Shown here piece by piece: positions 29,024-40,766 of a stretch of 64,000 nucleotides of DNA. The notes below the pieces were generated by a model. That model was not told where the DNA came from. It was given only the letters and a program-made list of their open reading frames with translations, and searched no databases. Location: assembly GCA_048236535.1 (NCBI GenBank), contig DBFAQQ010000037.1, forward strand, positions 20,776 to 84,775, given 5' to 3'. The stretch comes from Collinsella sp. (GTDB taxonomy: Bacteria > Actinomycetota > Coriobacteriia > Coriobacteriales > Coriobacteriaceae). The first letter of the stretch is position 1; every line of letters begins with the position of its first letter. The translations under genes were made by a program, and so were the position numbers.

Positions 29024-31197
29024 CCTCCGCTGACCTCCTTAAAGATATGTCGATAACGCATGGCGACCGCGTCGCGCAAGGGACGCGTCGCCACAGAGTC
29101 AAGGTTGCAAGCATACCGCAAGAGCTCGACCGCGTCCAAATGGGCCCACTCGATCAGCTCCTCGTCGGCGTCCAGGTCGACAAAGCGCAGGGTCACACCA
29201 CCATGCTGGCGATAACCCAGGATCTCGCCTTCATGGCGCAGGCGCAGGTCCATCTGGGCGAGCGTAAAGCCGTCCGAGGTCTTTTCGAGCGACTGGAGAC
29301 GGTCTTGTGCCGCCGATGCGCCGCCGTTGCCCTTGGAGTGCGTCATGACCAGGCACGTGCCCGACACGCCGCCACGGCCCACGCGGCCGCGCAGCTGGTG
29401 CAAGGCAGCCAATCCAAAGCGCTCGCCGTTCTCGATGACCATGACGGTGGCGTTAGGCACGTCGACGCCCACCTCGACCACCGTAGTCGAGACGAGCACG
29501 TCAATCTCGCCACGCTTGAAGGCATCGATAACCTGGTCCTTCTCCCCCGCCGGCATGCGGCCGTGAAGGCGCTCGACGGTAAGCCCCGGCAACGCAAGAC
29601 GCAGTCGGTCGAGCTCGGTTGCCGTATCGTGCAGCGGCACGGGGACGGTTACGCGGCCCTCGTCGTCGCGAGCAATACCGGGCACGTCTTCCAGCTCATC
29701 GGCCGAGTCACTCGGCTCCACGAGCGGACAAATCACGTAGGCCTGCTGACCCTTTTCATGCGCCTCGCGGATGGCGCCATAGGCGAGGTCACGGCTCGAC
29801 TCGGTGAGCACGCGTGTCGTCACGCCAGCACCAGGGACGGGCCGATGGCGAATGATGCTCGTGTCCAGATCGCCGTAGACCGAAAGCGCCAGCGTACGCG
29901 GGATGGGCGTCGCCGTCATAACGAGCAGATCGGCACCCGGCCCCTTCGCGCGCAGGGCGTTGCGTTGGCCCACACCAAACCGGTGCTGTTCATCGATGAC
30001 CACGAGCGACAGATGCTTGAACGCAACGTTATCCGAAAGAACCGCGTGGGTGCCAAAGAGCACGTCAAGCTCGCCCGATTCCAGCTGTGCATGGATGCGC
30101 TCGCGCTCTGCGGCCGGCGTGGCACCCGTCAGAAGTGCCCAGGACATGCCGGCCTGCGAGAGCAGAGGGCCGGTCTTATCGGCATATTGGCGCGCCAGCA
30201 CGCCCGTGGGCGCCATAACGCAGGCCTGCGTGCCGCTATCGGCAGCCACAGCCAGCGCGCAGGCGGCAACGGCGGTCTTACCGGTACCGACATCGCCCAG
30301 CAGCAGACGGTTCATCACGCGCCCGCCATCGCACATGTCATGCAGGATATCTTGGAATGCGGCCTCCTGCTCGTCGCTCAGCGAAAACGGAAGGGCCTGT
30401 TTAAGCGCGCCCAGATGCTCGCCCGCAGTGTGGGCATAGGGCACCACATCGACCAGGCCGCCGTCGTTGCGCAGACGCAGCGCCAGCTGCAGGTAGAGGC
30501 ACTCCTCGTAGGCAAGACGCCGGCGTGCGATGTCGCGCTCAGCCATGCTCGAGGGAAAGTGGATCGAACGCAACGCGCGGGCATTGCTCATGAGCTTCCG
30601 CTTTGCGCGCAGCGGCGCGGGAATCGGATCGAACGGATTGCCGACGACCTCGAGCGCGCCGCTTACGATGCGGCGCATCCACGCCTGGCTCACGCCATCA
30701 CTCACGTAATGGACCGGCAGGATGGTGCCTGCGGCACGCCCGTCCTCGAGCTTTTCAAAGTGCGGCGAGGCCATCTGCTTAAAGCCGTAGGCAAACTCGA
30801 CCTTGCCCATCACGGCCAGGCGGTCGCCCTGCTTAAGCTGCTGGGCAATCCAGGGCTGGCGGAAAAAGGCGACCTGCAGCACGCCCGTCTCGTCAACAAG
30901 CGAGACCTCGGTCACCTGCATGCGCGGACGCGGCTGCTTTTGGACGATACGGTCGACCGTGGCGATGATGGTGCACACGGTACCGATGGGCGCCATCTCG
31001 ATAGACCAAGAACGGGTAAAGTCGAGGTATCGATGAGGGATATGGAGAAGGAGGTCCCCCACCGTCCGAATTCCCAGACGGCGAAGGGCCTCCTCACGTT
31101 TACCCGAAACATATTTGAGTCGCGCGATATCCTCGTCGAGCGCATTGCTCTGGGCAAAGCGCTCCGAGACGCGCGGCACGGAGCAGAGCTCGGACAT
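29020..31197 (-). CDS. recG: ATP-dependent DNA helicase RecG
   Basis: GDVGTGKT, DEQHRFG, MTATPIPRTL, HQLRGRVGRG. Confidence 0.97.
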   Translation of the reverse strand: MSELCSVPRVSERFAQSNALDEDIARLKYVSGKREEALRRLGIRTVGDLLLHIPHRYLDFTRSWSIEMAPIGTVCTIIATVDRIVQKQPRPRMQVTEVSLVDETGVLQVAFFRQPWIAQQLKQGDRLAVMGKVEFAYGFKQMASPHFEKLEDGRAAGTILPVHYVSDGVSQAWMRRIVSGALEVVGNPFDPIPAPLRAKRKLMSNARALRSIHFPSSMAERDIARRRLAYEECLYLQLALRLRNDGGLVDVVPYAHTAGEHLGALKQALPFSLSDEQEAAFQDILHDMCDGGRVMNRLLLGDVGTGKTAVAACALAVAADSGTQACVMAPTGVLARQYADKTGPLLSQAGMSWALLTGATPAAERERIHAQLESGELDVLFGTHAVLSDNVAFKHLSLVVIDEQHRFGVGQRNALRAKGPGADLLVMTATPIPRTLALSVYGDLDTSIIRHRPVPGAGVTTRVLTESSRDLAYGAIREAHEKGQQAYVICPLVEPSDSADELEDVPGIARDDEGRVTVPVPLHDTATELDRLRLALPGLTVERLHGRMPAGEKDQVIDAFKRGEIDVLVSTTVVEVGVDVPNATVMVIENGERFGLAALHQLRGRVGRGGVSGTCLVMTHSKGNGGASAAQDRLQSLEKTSDGFTLAQMDLRLRHEGEILGYRQHGGVTLRFVDLDADEELIEWAHLDAVELLRYACNLDSVATRPLRDAVAMRYRHIFKEVSGG

Positions 31198-31207
31198 GGG
31201 CAGATGC

Positions 31208-32869
31208 CTACTCGATCGAGAAGATCACGGGATAGAGCGGCTGCTCGCCACGATGGGCGTCAATCTCCAAGTCGGGCTGAGCTTCCTCGATGGCGTCGAC
31301 GATCTCCTGGAAGGCCTCATCGGACAGCTCCTCGCCGGCCAGAATCGTCAGCGCGTCGCCCTCCTCTTCCTCCTGCATGCGGTTGATGCAGTCGAGCGTG
31401 ACCTGCTTCACGTCGGAGCCGACCACGTCGATGGAGCCGGCGATGATACCCATGACGTCACCGGAGTGAATCGGAGAACCGTCAGAGGCACTGGAGTCGC
31501 GCACGGCGCGGGTGACCTCGCCATCGCGGACCTCGCTGATGGCGTCGACCATGGCGGCGACGGCATCCTCGAGCTCGGAATCGGGCAGGACTGCGAACAG
31601 CGCGGAGAAGGCCTGCGGGACGGTCTTGGTGGGAACGACGGCGACCTTCTTGTCGGTGCAGGCTGAGGCAGCAGCCTCAGCGGCCATGCGGATGTTGCCG
31701 TTGTTGGGCAAGATGATGACCGAGGTCGCGTTGACCTGGTCCACCGCGCCCAGCAGGTCGGCGGTCGAGGGATTCATAGTCTGGCCACCGGAGACGACCA
31801 CGTCGACGCCAAGGGACTTGAGGATGTCGGCCTCGCCGGAACCGGCGGCAACGGCGACAAAGCCCAGCGCCTTGGCGGGCTCGGCGGCCTTTTCCTGATC
31901 CTCGTGGATCTTAGCGGTACGGTCGTGGGCCTCCATCTCCATGTTGTGGATAAAGACCTCATAGATCTGACCGAGCTGCAGCATGTGCTCGAGCACCAGG
32001 TTGGGGGTATTGGAGTGCACATGGATCTTGTAGTCGGGATAGGCGCCCACGAGCAGCTCACAGTCGCCCATGGAGCCTAGGAACTTAAGGCATTCGTCCT
32101 CGTCAAACGGGGCGTCGGCCTTAAAGAGAAACTCGTTGCAGTAGCGGAACTCCGAGCCCTCCCAGTCGTCGTTAGCCTCGATCTCAACGCGGCCAAGAGC
32201 GGCATCGCGGGCAGAGCCGGCGGAGTCAAACGTAGCGGAGAAATCCTCGACAACGGTGCTGCGACCAAGCGCGGCGGCAACAAAGTTCTCCAGGAAGATG
32301 GCAAAGCCGAAGGCGCCTGAGTCGACCACGCCGTTCTCCTTCAGAACGGGCAGCAGGTCGGGCGTGCGGGCGACGGAATGGTACGCCTCAACGACGATGG
32401 CATCGAGCGCATCCTCAGCCGAGAACTTCTTCTTCTCGCACTCATCGGCCTTGGTCGAGACATCGCGCAGGACCGTGAGGATCGTGCCCTCGATGGGCTT
32501 GCGGACAGCCTGGAAGGCAACCTTGACGGCACGACGGAAGGCGAAGGCAATGTTGGCGGACGTAATAGGCTCGTCGGCAGAGACAAGGCCCTCGGCCACA
32601 CCGCGCAGGATCTGCGAGGTAATGACGCCGGAGTTGCCGCGGGCACCCATCAGGGAGCCGTGTGTGATGGCGCCGGCGATGGCCTCCATGTCAGCATCGG
32701 CAGGAAGAGCGGAGAGCTCCTTGGTCACCGAGGCAAGCGTGAGCGACATGTTGGTACCGGTGTCGCCGTCGGGTACGGGGAAGACGTTGAGCTTGTTGAT
32801 CTCCTCGGCCTTGTCGGAAACGGCAGCCGCAGCGATCGGAAAACAGGTGCGAATGGTCTTTGCAATCAT
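31208..32869 (-). CDS. fakA: DAK2-domain fatty acid kinase A (YloV)
   Basis: LNVFPVPDGDTGTNM, GARGNSG, GGQTMNPS. Confidence 0.93.
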   Translation of the reverse strand: MIAKTIRTCFPIAAAAVSDKAEEINKLNVFPVPDGDTGTNMSLTLASVTKELSALPADADMEAIAGAITHGSLMGARGNSGVITSQILRGVAEGLVSADEPITSANIAFAFRRAVKVAFQAVRKPIEGTILTVLRDVSTKADECEKKKFSAEDALDAIVVEAYHSVARTPDLLPVLKENGVVDSGAFGFAIFLENFVAAALGRSTVVEDFSATFDSAGSARDAALGRVEIEANDDWEGSEFRYCNEFLFKADAPFDEDECLKFLGSMGDCELLVGAYPDYKIHVHSNTPNLVLEHMLQLGQIYEVFIHNMEMEAHDRTAKIHEDQEKAAEPAKALGFVAVAAGSGEADILKSLGVDVVVSGGQTMNPSTADLLGAVDQVNATSVIILPNNGNIRMAAEAAASACTDKKVAVVPTKTVPQAFSALFAVLPDSELEDAVAAMVDAISEVRDGEVTRAVRDSSASDGSPIHSGDVMGIIAGSIDVVGSDVKQVTLDCINRMQEEEEGDALTILAGEELSDEAFQEIVDAIEEAQPDLEIDAHRGEQPLYPVIFSIE

Positions 32870-32896
32870 GGGTATTTGAATCTCCGTTTTCGGATG

Positions 32897-33253
32897 CTAG
32901 TTCAGACGGCTCTTGAGCGCGTCGATATGGATGCCGATCTTAAGGCTGGCGGGATCGATCTGGGCGATCTCCTGCAGGGTGAAGGCAACGGAGCTCGAAA
33001 GATTGTGGCAGACGGACTTCATGTTGACGCCGTTCTCGAGCACGACGTGAAGATCGACCGTAAGGCCGTTCTCGTCGGCGGAGACAAGCACGCCCTTGCG
33101 GAGGCGCTGACCGGCAAGCAGGCGCACGCTCTCGGCGCCCTGGAGCTGCTCAGCCATACCGACGACGCCATAGCACGTCATCGCGGCATAACCGGCAATA
33201 TCGGCAATAACGTCGTTCGAGACGCTCAGGCTGCCGTTAATGGTCTCAGACAC
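32897..33253 (-). CDS. Asp23/Gls24 family protein (YloU)
   Basis: VIADIAGYAAMTCYGVVGM; upstream of fakA. Confidence 0.9.
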   Translation of the reverse strand: MSETINGSLSVSNDVIADIAGYAAMTCYGVVGMAEQLQGAESVRLLAGQRLRKGVLVSADENGLTVDLHVVLENGVNMKSVCHNLSSSVAFTLQEIAQIDPASLKIGIHIDALKSRLN

Positions 33254-33448
33254 AAGAATCTCCTTTTCTTGGTGCTCGCGGCACCATGTCGTGGGAGCAA
33301 TCATTGCAATATTCTACAACGACCGCGCCATGTTGAGGTGGCGGGCCTCGTGATTACATCCTCGACACGAAATGTTGATACGGTAACGTTCGCGAACGGC
33401 GATCTCGGCATGAAAAAACCCGCCGCATAAGCGACGGGTTTTACAACC

Positions 33449-33523
33449 TGGCTCCCCGGGTAGGACTCGAACCTACAACAGCGCGGTTAACAGCCGCGTG
33501 CTCTACCATTGAGCTACCGAGGA
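33449..33523 (-). tRNA. tRNA-Asn(GTT), copy 1
   Basis: Cloverleaf TCCTCGG...CT-GTT-AA...GGTTCGAGTCC...GCCA. Confidence 0.97.
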
Positions 33524-33556
33524 ATTTAAAGCCCAACAGAAAGGGCTGGAAAATTC

Positions 33557-33631
33557 TGGCTCCCCGGGTAGGACTCGAACCTACAACAGCGCGGTTAACA
33601 GCCGCGTGCTCTACCATTGAGCTACCGAGGA
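33557..33631 (-). tRNA. tRNA-Asn(GTT), copy 2 (identical)
   Basis: Same 75-nt sequence, CCA encoded. Confidence 0.97.
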
Positions 33632-33661
33632 ATAGGTGCGTGCTCTCAAGCAACGAAGTTT

Positions 33662-33689
33662 ATTATACGGACGAATCAGCTCAGGGCAA
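33662..33689 (-). promoter_or_regulatory. Sigma70 promoter of the tRNA-Asn pair
   Basis: TTGCCC-N16-TATAAT on the minus strand with an A-rich upstream tract. Confidence 0.7.
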
Positions 33690-33714
33690 GAACTTTTTTA
33701 AGAAATTTTCCGAC

Positions 33715-33744
33715 CTAGTCATTGGGGACGTCCCCAATGACTAC
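33715..33744. repeat. REP-like palindrome family B, copy 2
   Basis: CTAGTCATTGGGGACGTCCCCAATGACTAC (starts with GTAG on the minus strand). Confidence 0.8.
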
Positions 33745-33795
33745 ATGAAAGCGCCCCCAAGCGGATGTGCTTGAGGGCGTTTCTTGCTTGCGAGG

Positions 33796-35145
<1,350 letters not shown>

Positions 35146-35255
35146 AGATTCTCCCTTCATAGTCCACAGGTCTCAATACTTTAGCACACACATTGACGTC
35201 TATACCCAAAAAGAGGGCTGGATATAGGCGAGAATACGCTGGTTGACCACAACAT

Positions 35256-37364
35256 CTAGGCCTGTTCGGTGCCTGCGGCCTCCAGACCGATCAAACGGAA
35301 CGGGTCCGCCACGCCGCCGATCGACTTTTGCAACTCGCGTTGACGCTGCGAATCCTGCGCGGCCTGCACGGTCAGCGCGCGACGGGCCTCATCATCGAGC
35401 GAACGATCCTGGCGCAGCTTGGCCTGTGCGGCACGCATGCGGCGCTTGATGGTGTAGAGCTCGAGCGTATCGAGCATAAACACGATGTTCGTCTCGGTAG
35501 GGTGTTTGCTCGTCGCCGAGATGCGCCCGGCACTCACAAGCGTTGCCGCATCGGGACACACCGAGCGCGCCGCATCCATGCAGGCTGCAGGATCGGTTCC
35601 CGGCGGCGTTGCCAGAACGGCCCATGCGATGGACTCGTGACGTGGGTCAACCCACTCGATGGAGCAGATGCGGTCGGCATACGTGCGGAACAGGTCGGGG
35701 TAGCTCGTGAGCATGGTCAGCAGCTCGCGCTCCCCTGCCAAGGACTTGCGCTCTAGATCGGTAAGAACCATCGGCGCCGCCGCAGCCGGTGCACCCGAAC
35801 CATCAGCCACAGGCACAGAGCCCATACCATCAGGCACATCAATCGGCGGAAGATCGTCGACGACCTCCACGGGCGCGGCACCGTAGGCATCGAGCGGGAC
35901 GTAGTCGTACGGCTCTTCTTCGACCGGCGCGGACACCGGCGGCGTCGCGCCCGATGCCCAAGCACCGCGACCGGCATCGCGAGAACCCGACGCCCGACCG
36001 CCCACGCTACCGGACCGCTCAGCCTGTGCCCGCTGGCGCTCATAGTTCTGCTCACGACGTCGCTCCGCATCCTCGCGCTTGGCGACATCGCGAAACACGC
36101 GGGCCGAACTCGCACGCACTGTCTCCAGGTCTAAACCCAACAGGTCGGCAACCTGGATAAAGTACGTGTCGATCATATAGCTGTCACGTAGCGGATAGAT
36201 GAGCGTCAGCGCGTCCTCGAGCGCCTTGGCGCGACCGCCCGGCGTGGTAATATCGCTCGACTCCTGCAGCGAACGGTAGACAAAGTCCATGAGGGGCTCG
36301 GCAGCGTCGATGCGCGCCTGCAGCTCCTGTCCACCATGCGCCGTGATGAACTCCATGGGATCGTTGCCGTCGGGCAGCACCACGCAGCGCAGGTCCATCG
36401 AATCCTGTTCGATAAACTGAATCGCGCGACGGGCGGCCTTCTGGCCCGCGGCATCGCCGTCAAACATATACACGATGCGCTTGGCAAAGCGGGTGAGCGT
36501 CTTGACATGATGCTCCGTGAGCGCGGTGCCCAGCGTAGCGACAACGTTTTTAATCCCCGACTCCCAACAGGCGATGCAGTCGGTATAGCCCTCTACCACG
36601 ATGGCGGTATCCTGAGCGACGATAAACTCCTTGGCCCAATTAAAGCCGTAGAGGTTTCGCTTTTTATGAAATACGCTCGTCTCGGCGGTGTTGAGGTACT
36701 TGGGGTGGCCGTCTCCCATGATGCGACCGCCAAAGGCGATGTTGTGACCCTGCTCATCAAAGATGGGAAACATCACGCGGTCGTAGAAGCGGTCGGCAAG
36801 CTGCCCACGCCCGCGACTCACAGCCACGTTGGCGTCGATCATCTCCTGCGGAGTAAAGCCCGCCTGCGACAGGTGCGATACCAGCGCGTTGCGACCCGGC
36901 GCAAAGCCCAGACAGTAGCGGCGGCAGACGTCGCCACCCAAGCCGCGGCTGGCAAAGTACTCGCGCGGACGGCCGTCCTTACCGCGCATAAGCATCGTGT
37001 GGTAGAACTGGGCGGTCTCGGCGCACAAATCGTAGATGCGGGCACGCTTGGTACCGCGCTCGCGGCGATCTCCGGTGTCATGCAGCTCAATACCCGCGCG
37101 ATCGGCCAAATAACGGATTGACTCGGGAAAGCTCAGGTTCTCGCGCTTCATGATATAGGTGAAGACGTCGCCACCCTCGCCGCAACCAAAGCAGTGCCAC
37201 ACCTGCGTGGCGGGAATAATGTGGAAGGACGGCGTCTTTTCGCCATGAAAGGGACAGCAACCCCAAAACTCATGGCCGCGAGGCTTGAGCTCAACCGTTT
37301 CCTGCACGATGGCGACTAAGTCGGACGCAGCGCGTACCTGGTCTTTTTCCTCATCGCTAATCAC
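35256..37364 (-). CDS. dnaG: DNA primase
   Basis: CPFH..KTPSF zinc finger, KYLN, EGYTD, DGDAAG. Confidence 0.96.
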   Translation of the reverse strand: MISDEEKDQVRAASDLVAIVQETVELKPRGHEFWGCCPFHGEKTPSFHIIPATQVWHCFGCGEGGDVFTYIMKRENLSFPESIRYLADRAGIELHDTGDRRERGTKRARIYDLCAETAQFYHTMLMRGKDGRPREYFASRGLGGDVCRRYCLGFAPGRNALVSHLSQAGFTPQEMIDANVAVSRGRGQLADRFYDRVMFPIFDEQGHNIAFGGRIMGDGHPKYLNTAETSVFHKKRNLYGFNWAKEFIVAQDTAIVVEGYTDCIACWESGIKNVVATLGTALTEHHVKTLTRFAKRIVYMFDGDAAGQKAARRAIQFIEQDSMDLRCVVLPDGNDPMEFITAHGGQELQARIDAAEPLMDFVYRSLQESSDITTPGGRAKALEDALTLIYPLRDSYMIDTYFIQVADLLGLDLETVRASSARVFRDVAKREDAERRREQNYERQRAQAERSGSVGGRASGSRDAGRGAWASGATPPVSAPVEEEPYDYVPLDAYGAAPVEVVDDLPPIDVPDGMGSVPVADGSGAPAAAAPMVLTDLERKSLAGERELLTMLTSYPDLFRTYADRICSIEWVDPRHESIAWAVLATPPGTDPAACMDAARSVCPDAATLVSAGRISATSKHPTETNIVFMLDTLELYTIKRRMRAAQAKLRQDRSLDDEARRALTVQAAQDSQRQRELQKSIGGVADPFRLIGLEAAGTEQA

Positions 37365-38364
37365 GGATGCTCACCCCCTGCTCACCCAAGTTGTGACGAA
37401 TGTCCTCGATATTACCCTCGACGGTCGCGATCAACTCATCCAGCGAATCGAACAGACGCGAGGGACGCAGCCAACGCGTAAACGCCAGCGAAACAGAAGA
37501 GCCGTAAAGGTCGCCCGAATAACCAATTAAATTAGCCTCGAGATGCGCAGATGCTGCATCGTCAGCATACGTTGGCGGCAGGCCGACGTTCACGGCAGCG
37601 GGCCACACGGTGTCATCGACGAGTACCATGCCCTCATACACGCCATCGGCAGGCACCTGAATGCCATCGGAGACCTGAAGATTTGCCGTGGGAAAGCCCA
37701 TGCCAGAACCCTCGTGACGGCCGCGAATAACACCGCCGCGCACCATATACGGGCGGCCGAGTAACTCAGCAGCAAGCTCCACATGGCCCTGTCCCAACTC
37801 ATGACGGATACGGGTGGCACAAATGGCCTCACCGCCCTCGCAAAGCAGGTCGTGACCATACACGTCAACGCCGTGCTCGGAACCCCAGGCGCGCATCTCG
37901 GCAACACCAGAAGCACCGCCACGACCCAGCCTAAAGTCACTGCCAACGCGAATCGAACGAATGTCAACCACGCGCGACAGCAGCGCAAGAAAACCGATAT
38001 GGTCGAGTGCCGCCACGGCGGGTGTAAAGGGAACGGCAACCACCGCATCGACCCCGGTTTGAGCCAGGGCATGCAGACGGTCGGCCGTCGTCATCATTTT
38101 TTGAGCGGGCGAAGGGCTCACCACGACGTCCGGGTCGGGATCGAAGGTGACCACGACCGCCTTACAGCCATGGGCGCGGGCATCACGGACAAGCGCCGCA
38201 ATGAGCTCCTGGTGTCCACGGTGCACGCCATCGAACACGCCGATGGCGATGGAGGCAGCACCCAAGTGCTCACACTCATCAAACGTATCGGCAGTAACGA
38301 TGCGAGCCTCGTCCGACTCGCCCGCGAAAAAGACACGCGCGAGCTCGCGAGCGGACAACATCAT
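37357..38364 (-). CDS. ribF: Riboflavin kinase / FAD synthetase
   Basis: GVFDGVHRGHQ, GFPTAN. Confidence 0.93.
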   Translation of the reverse strand: MMLSARELARVFFAGESDEARIVTADTFDECEHLGAASIAIGVFDGVHRGHQELIAALVRDARAHGCKAVVVTFDPDPDVVVSPSPAQKMMTTADRLHALAQTGVDAVVAVPFTPAVAALDHIGFLALLSRVVDIRSIRVGSDFRLGRGGASGVAEMRAWGSEHGVDVYGHDLLCEGGEAICATRIRHELGQGHVELAAELLGRPYMVRGGVIRGRHEGSGMGFPTANLQVSDGIQVPADGVYEGMVLVDDTVWPAAVNVGLPPTYADDAASAHLEANLIGYSGDLYGSSVSLAFTRWLRPSRLFDSLDELIATVEGNIEDIRHNLGEQGVSIRD

Positions 38365-39293
38365 CGAACACCGCCGATTGCCTGCGGAAACACGTGCTCC
38401 ATGACAAAGCGGCCGCCCTCAATGCGGGCGAGCGCCTTGAGTCCCCCATCGAGCACCAACGCAAACGGCGCCTTCGAGGCATCAAAATCGGCAAGCGAAC
38501 GCTCAACGGGAATGCGTCGGCCGCAGAGCAGATCGTCGGCAAGATCGCCCGGCAAGTCAACACGCGTGGCGCCCAGGGCCGCAATGGGGTCCAAGGCAAA
38601 GCCAGCCGCGGACTCGGGAGAAAGCTCCTCGACCGCATGACAGGCGCCAATGGAAACAACACCGGAGGCCGTGCGGCGCAGCGCGGAAATGTGCGCGGCG
38701 CTCTCACAGGCGCGGCCCAGGTCGCGAGCGAGCGCACGGATATAGGTGCCCTTGCTCACCGAGAACGCCACGGTCCACACACACGTATCACCCTCGCCGC
38801 CCACGGCGATCAGGTCGGCGGCATAGACCTCGACGGGGCGCGGAGGTAGGTCCACAGCATTGCCCTCGCGAGCAGACTTGTAGGCGCGAACGCCATTGAC
38901 CGAGATAGCCGAAAACGCCGGCGGCGCCTGCATCTGCGGACCCAGCATGGCGGCCAAGCGCTCACGCGCATAGGCAGGATCGCGGAGCTCGTCGGCAACA
39001 GCCACCGTGCGGACCGCCTCGCCCTCCGCATCATCGGTATTGGTCTCGGAGCCAAACGAAATGTCGGCGACGTAGTTTTTCGTATCGAGCGTGAGCATAC
39101 CCAGCAAACGGGTGGCCTGACCCACGCCCACAACCATGACGCCAGATGCCATGGGGTCGAGCGTGCCGGCATGGCCGACACGCCGCTCATGGAGGGCGCG
39201 TCGGCATTGCGAGACCACATCGTGGGACGTGCAGCCCACCGGCTTATCGACAGCGAGCAGCATATTCAGTTGTGAAGGCGTACGAAGAGCCAT
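38361..39293 (-). CDS. truB: tRNA pseudouridine(55) synthase
   Basis: GHAGTLDP, SKGTYIR. Confidence 0.95.
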   Translation of the reverse strand: MALRTPSQLNMLLAVDKPVGCTSHDVVSQCRRALHERRVGHAGTLDPMASGVMVVGVGQATRLLGMLTLDTKNYVADISFGSETNTDDAEGEAVRTVAVADELRDPAYARERLAAMLGPQMQAPPAFSAISVNGVRAYKSAREGNAVDLPPRPVEVYAADLIAVGGEGDTCVWTVAFSVSKGTYIRALARDLGRACESAAHISALRRTASGVVSIGACHAVEELSPESAAGFALDPIAALGATRVDLPGDLADDLLCGRRIPVERSLADFDASKAPFALVLDGGLKALARIEGGRFVMEHVFPQAIGGVR

Positions 39294-39308
39294 GTACCAT
39301 CCAAAAAG

Positions 39309-40352
39309 TTAAAGCTCGACGGTCACCGAAGCGGGATCCTCCCCTACCAGCTCGGCCAGCATGGGAAGTGCCACGGTGAGCGTCTCGAGAATTGTTCCGT
39401 TGTTGGAAAAGCCGGCGGCGGCATGATGCCCGCCACCGCCAAAATTGGCAGCAATCTCGGACACATCGAGGTCGCCCTTGGAGCGCAGGTTGCCACGCAC
39501 CTTGGTATCGCCCTCAATGCCCTTTAAGAACATGCAGACCTCGACGCCCATCACCGAACGCACCACATCGACCAGGCCGTCGCACTCGTCCGAGGTGACG
39601 CCGCAGGCTTCAAGGTCGCTCTGGTAGGCATAGCTATACGCCACGCGCCCATGCGCGACCGTCTTAATGCGACCCATGACAATGGACTTGAGGTGCAAAA
39701 ACTCAACGCGCATGCTCTGGTAAACCTCGAGCGCAACGCGCGCCGGATCGGCACCGTGCGCCACCAGACGCGAGGCTGCATGGAACGCAGCAGCATCGGC
39801 GTTTTGGTACTGAAAACGGCCGGTATCGGTAACCAAGCCACACAGCAGGCAGGACGCAACGCCATCACGTGCGACAATGCCGCAATTGTCCAAGAAGCGG
39901 TCGATGATCATGGCGCAGGCCGCGGCATCGACGCGCCTCAGGCTCAGCTCGGCAAACTCCTCGCGCGCCGGATGGTGGTCGAAGCACACCACATGCTTGG
40001 AGCGACGAAGCACCTCGGCGGAATTATTGAGACGCTCGACGACCGGTACGTCCACCGAAATGAACAGGTCCGGATTACCGGTGTACGCAGACGCCGGCAC
40101 CAGGCGATCGGAGCCTTCCATAAAGCGGTAGATGCGCGGAACCGGGTCATCGTCTGCCAGCAGCAGCGCAATGTCCTTGTTGGGGAAAAACTTCATGAGC
40201 GAAAGGCCCAGACCCAATACGGAGCCCAGGGCGTCACCATCGGGAGAAGTGTGTCCCGAAATCGCAATGGAGGACGCACCCTCGATGAGCTCGAGGATGC
40301 GTCGCTGAATATCTGCAGACTCGCACGAGGCGAGGTCGGCGGAATTAGTCAT
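39309..40352 (-). CDS. nrnA: DHH/DHHA1 oligoribonuclease / PAP phosphatase
   Basis: HTSPDGDA, DHH, TDTGRF, GGGGH. Confidence 0.9.
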   Translation of the reverse strand: MTNSADLASCESADIQRRILELIEGASSIAISGHTSPDGDALGSVLGLGLSLMKFFPNKDIALLLADDDPVPRIYRFMEGSDRLVPASAYTGNPDLFISVDVPVVERLNNSAEVLRRSKHVVCFDHHPAREEFAELSLRRVDAAACAMIIDRFLDNCGIVARDGVASCLLCGLVTDTGRFQYQNADAAAFHAASRLVAHGADPARVALEVYQSMRVEFLHLKSIVMGRIKTVAHGRVAYSYAYQSDLEACGVTSDECDGLVDVVRSVMGVEVCMFLKGIEGDTKVRGNLRSKGDLDVSEIAANFGGGGHHAAAGFSNNGTILETLTVALPMLAELVGEDPASVTVEL

Positions 40353-40755
40353 CTAAAGCTGCCTCCTGGGCGGCATCCGCTATCGGATAGCCGTCCTCGT
40401 CCTTTTCGATCGCAAGTGTGGCGGGAACGTTTTCCAGCGCACGCGTGATGCGCTCGGCCTCATCGGTCGAGCGATCGATGCGAAAATCGAGCTCGGGCGT
40501 AACACGCCAATCGAGCGAGCGAGCCAACAGGCTGCGAATACGGCCCTTGGCGCTTGCGAGCGCCTCCATGACCTCGTCGTAGCGGCTCGCATCGCACGAC
40601 ACGTACACACGCGCGAACGAACGGTCCACCGCGACCTCGACCGCAGTCAAAGTAACCAGGTCGAGACGCGGATCGGAAACCTCAAAGAGCAGGATATAAC
40701 CGAGCTTCTCGCGAAGCTGCTCGCCCAGACGGCGGGTTGCCTGCGTTTGCTTCAT
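40345..40755 (-). CDS. rbfA: Ribosome-binding factor A
   Basis: DPRL..VT.T.VEV, TPELDF; after infB. Confidence 0.93.
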   Translation of the reverse strand: MKQTQATRRLGEQLREKLGYILLFEVSDPRLDLVTLTAVEVAVDRSFARVYVSCDASRYDEVMEALASAKGRIRSLLARSLDWRVTPELDFRIDRSTDEAERITRALENVPATLAIEKDEDGYPIADAAQEAALDD

Positions 40756-40766
40756 AGAGCTACCCC

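Noticed and set aside
33441..33653. 70-aa ORF with an internal repeat, and a possible CRISPR-like direct repeat
   Set aside because: The repeat is two identical tRNA-Asn genes; no array or cas genes
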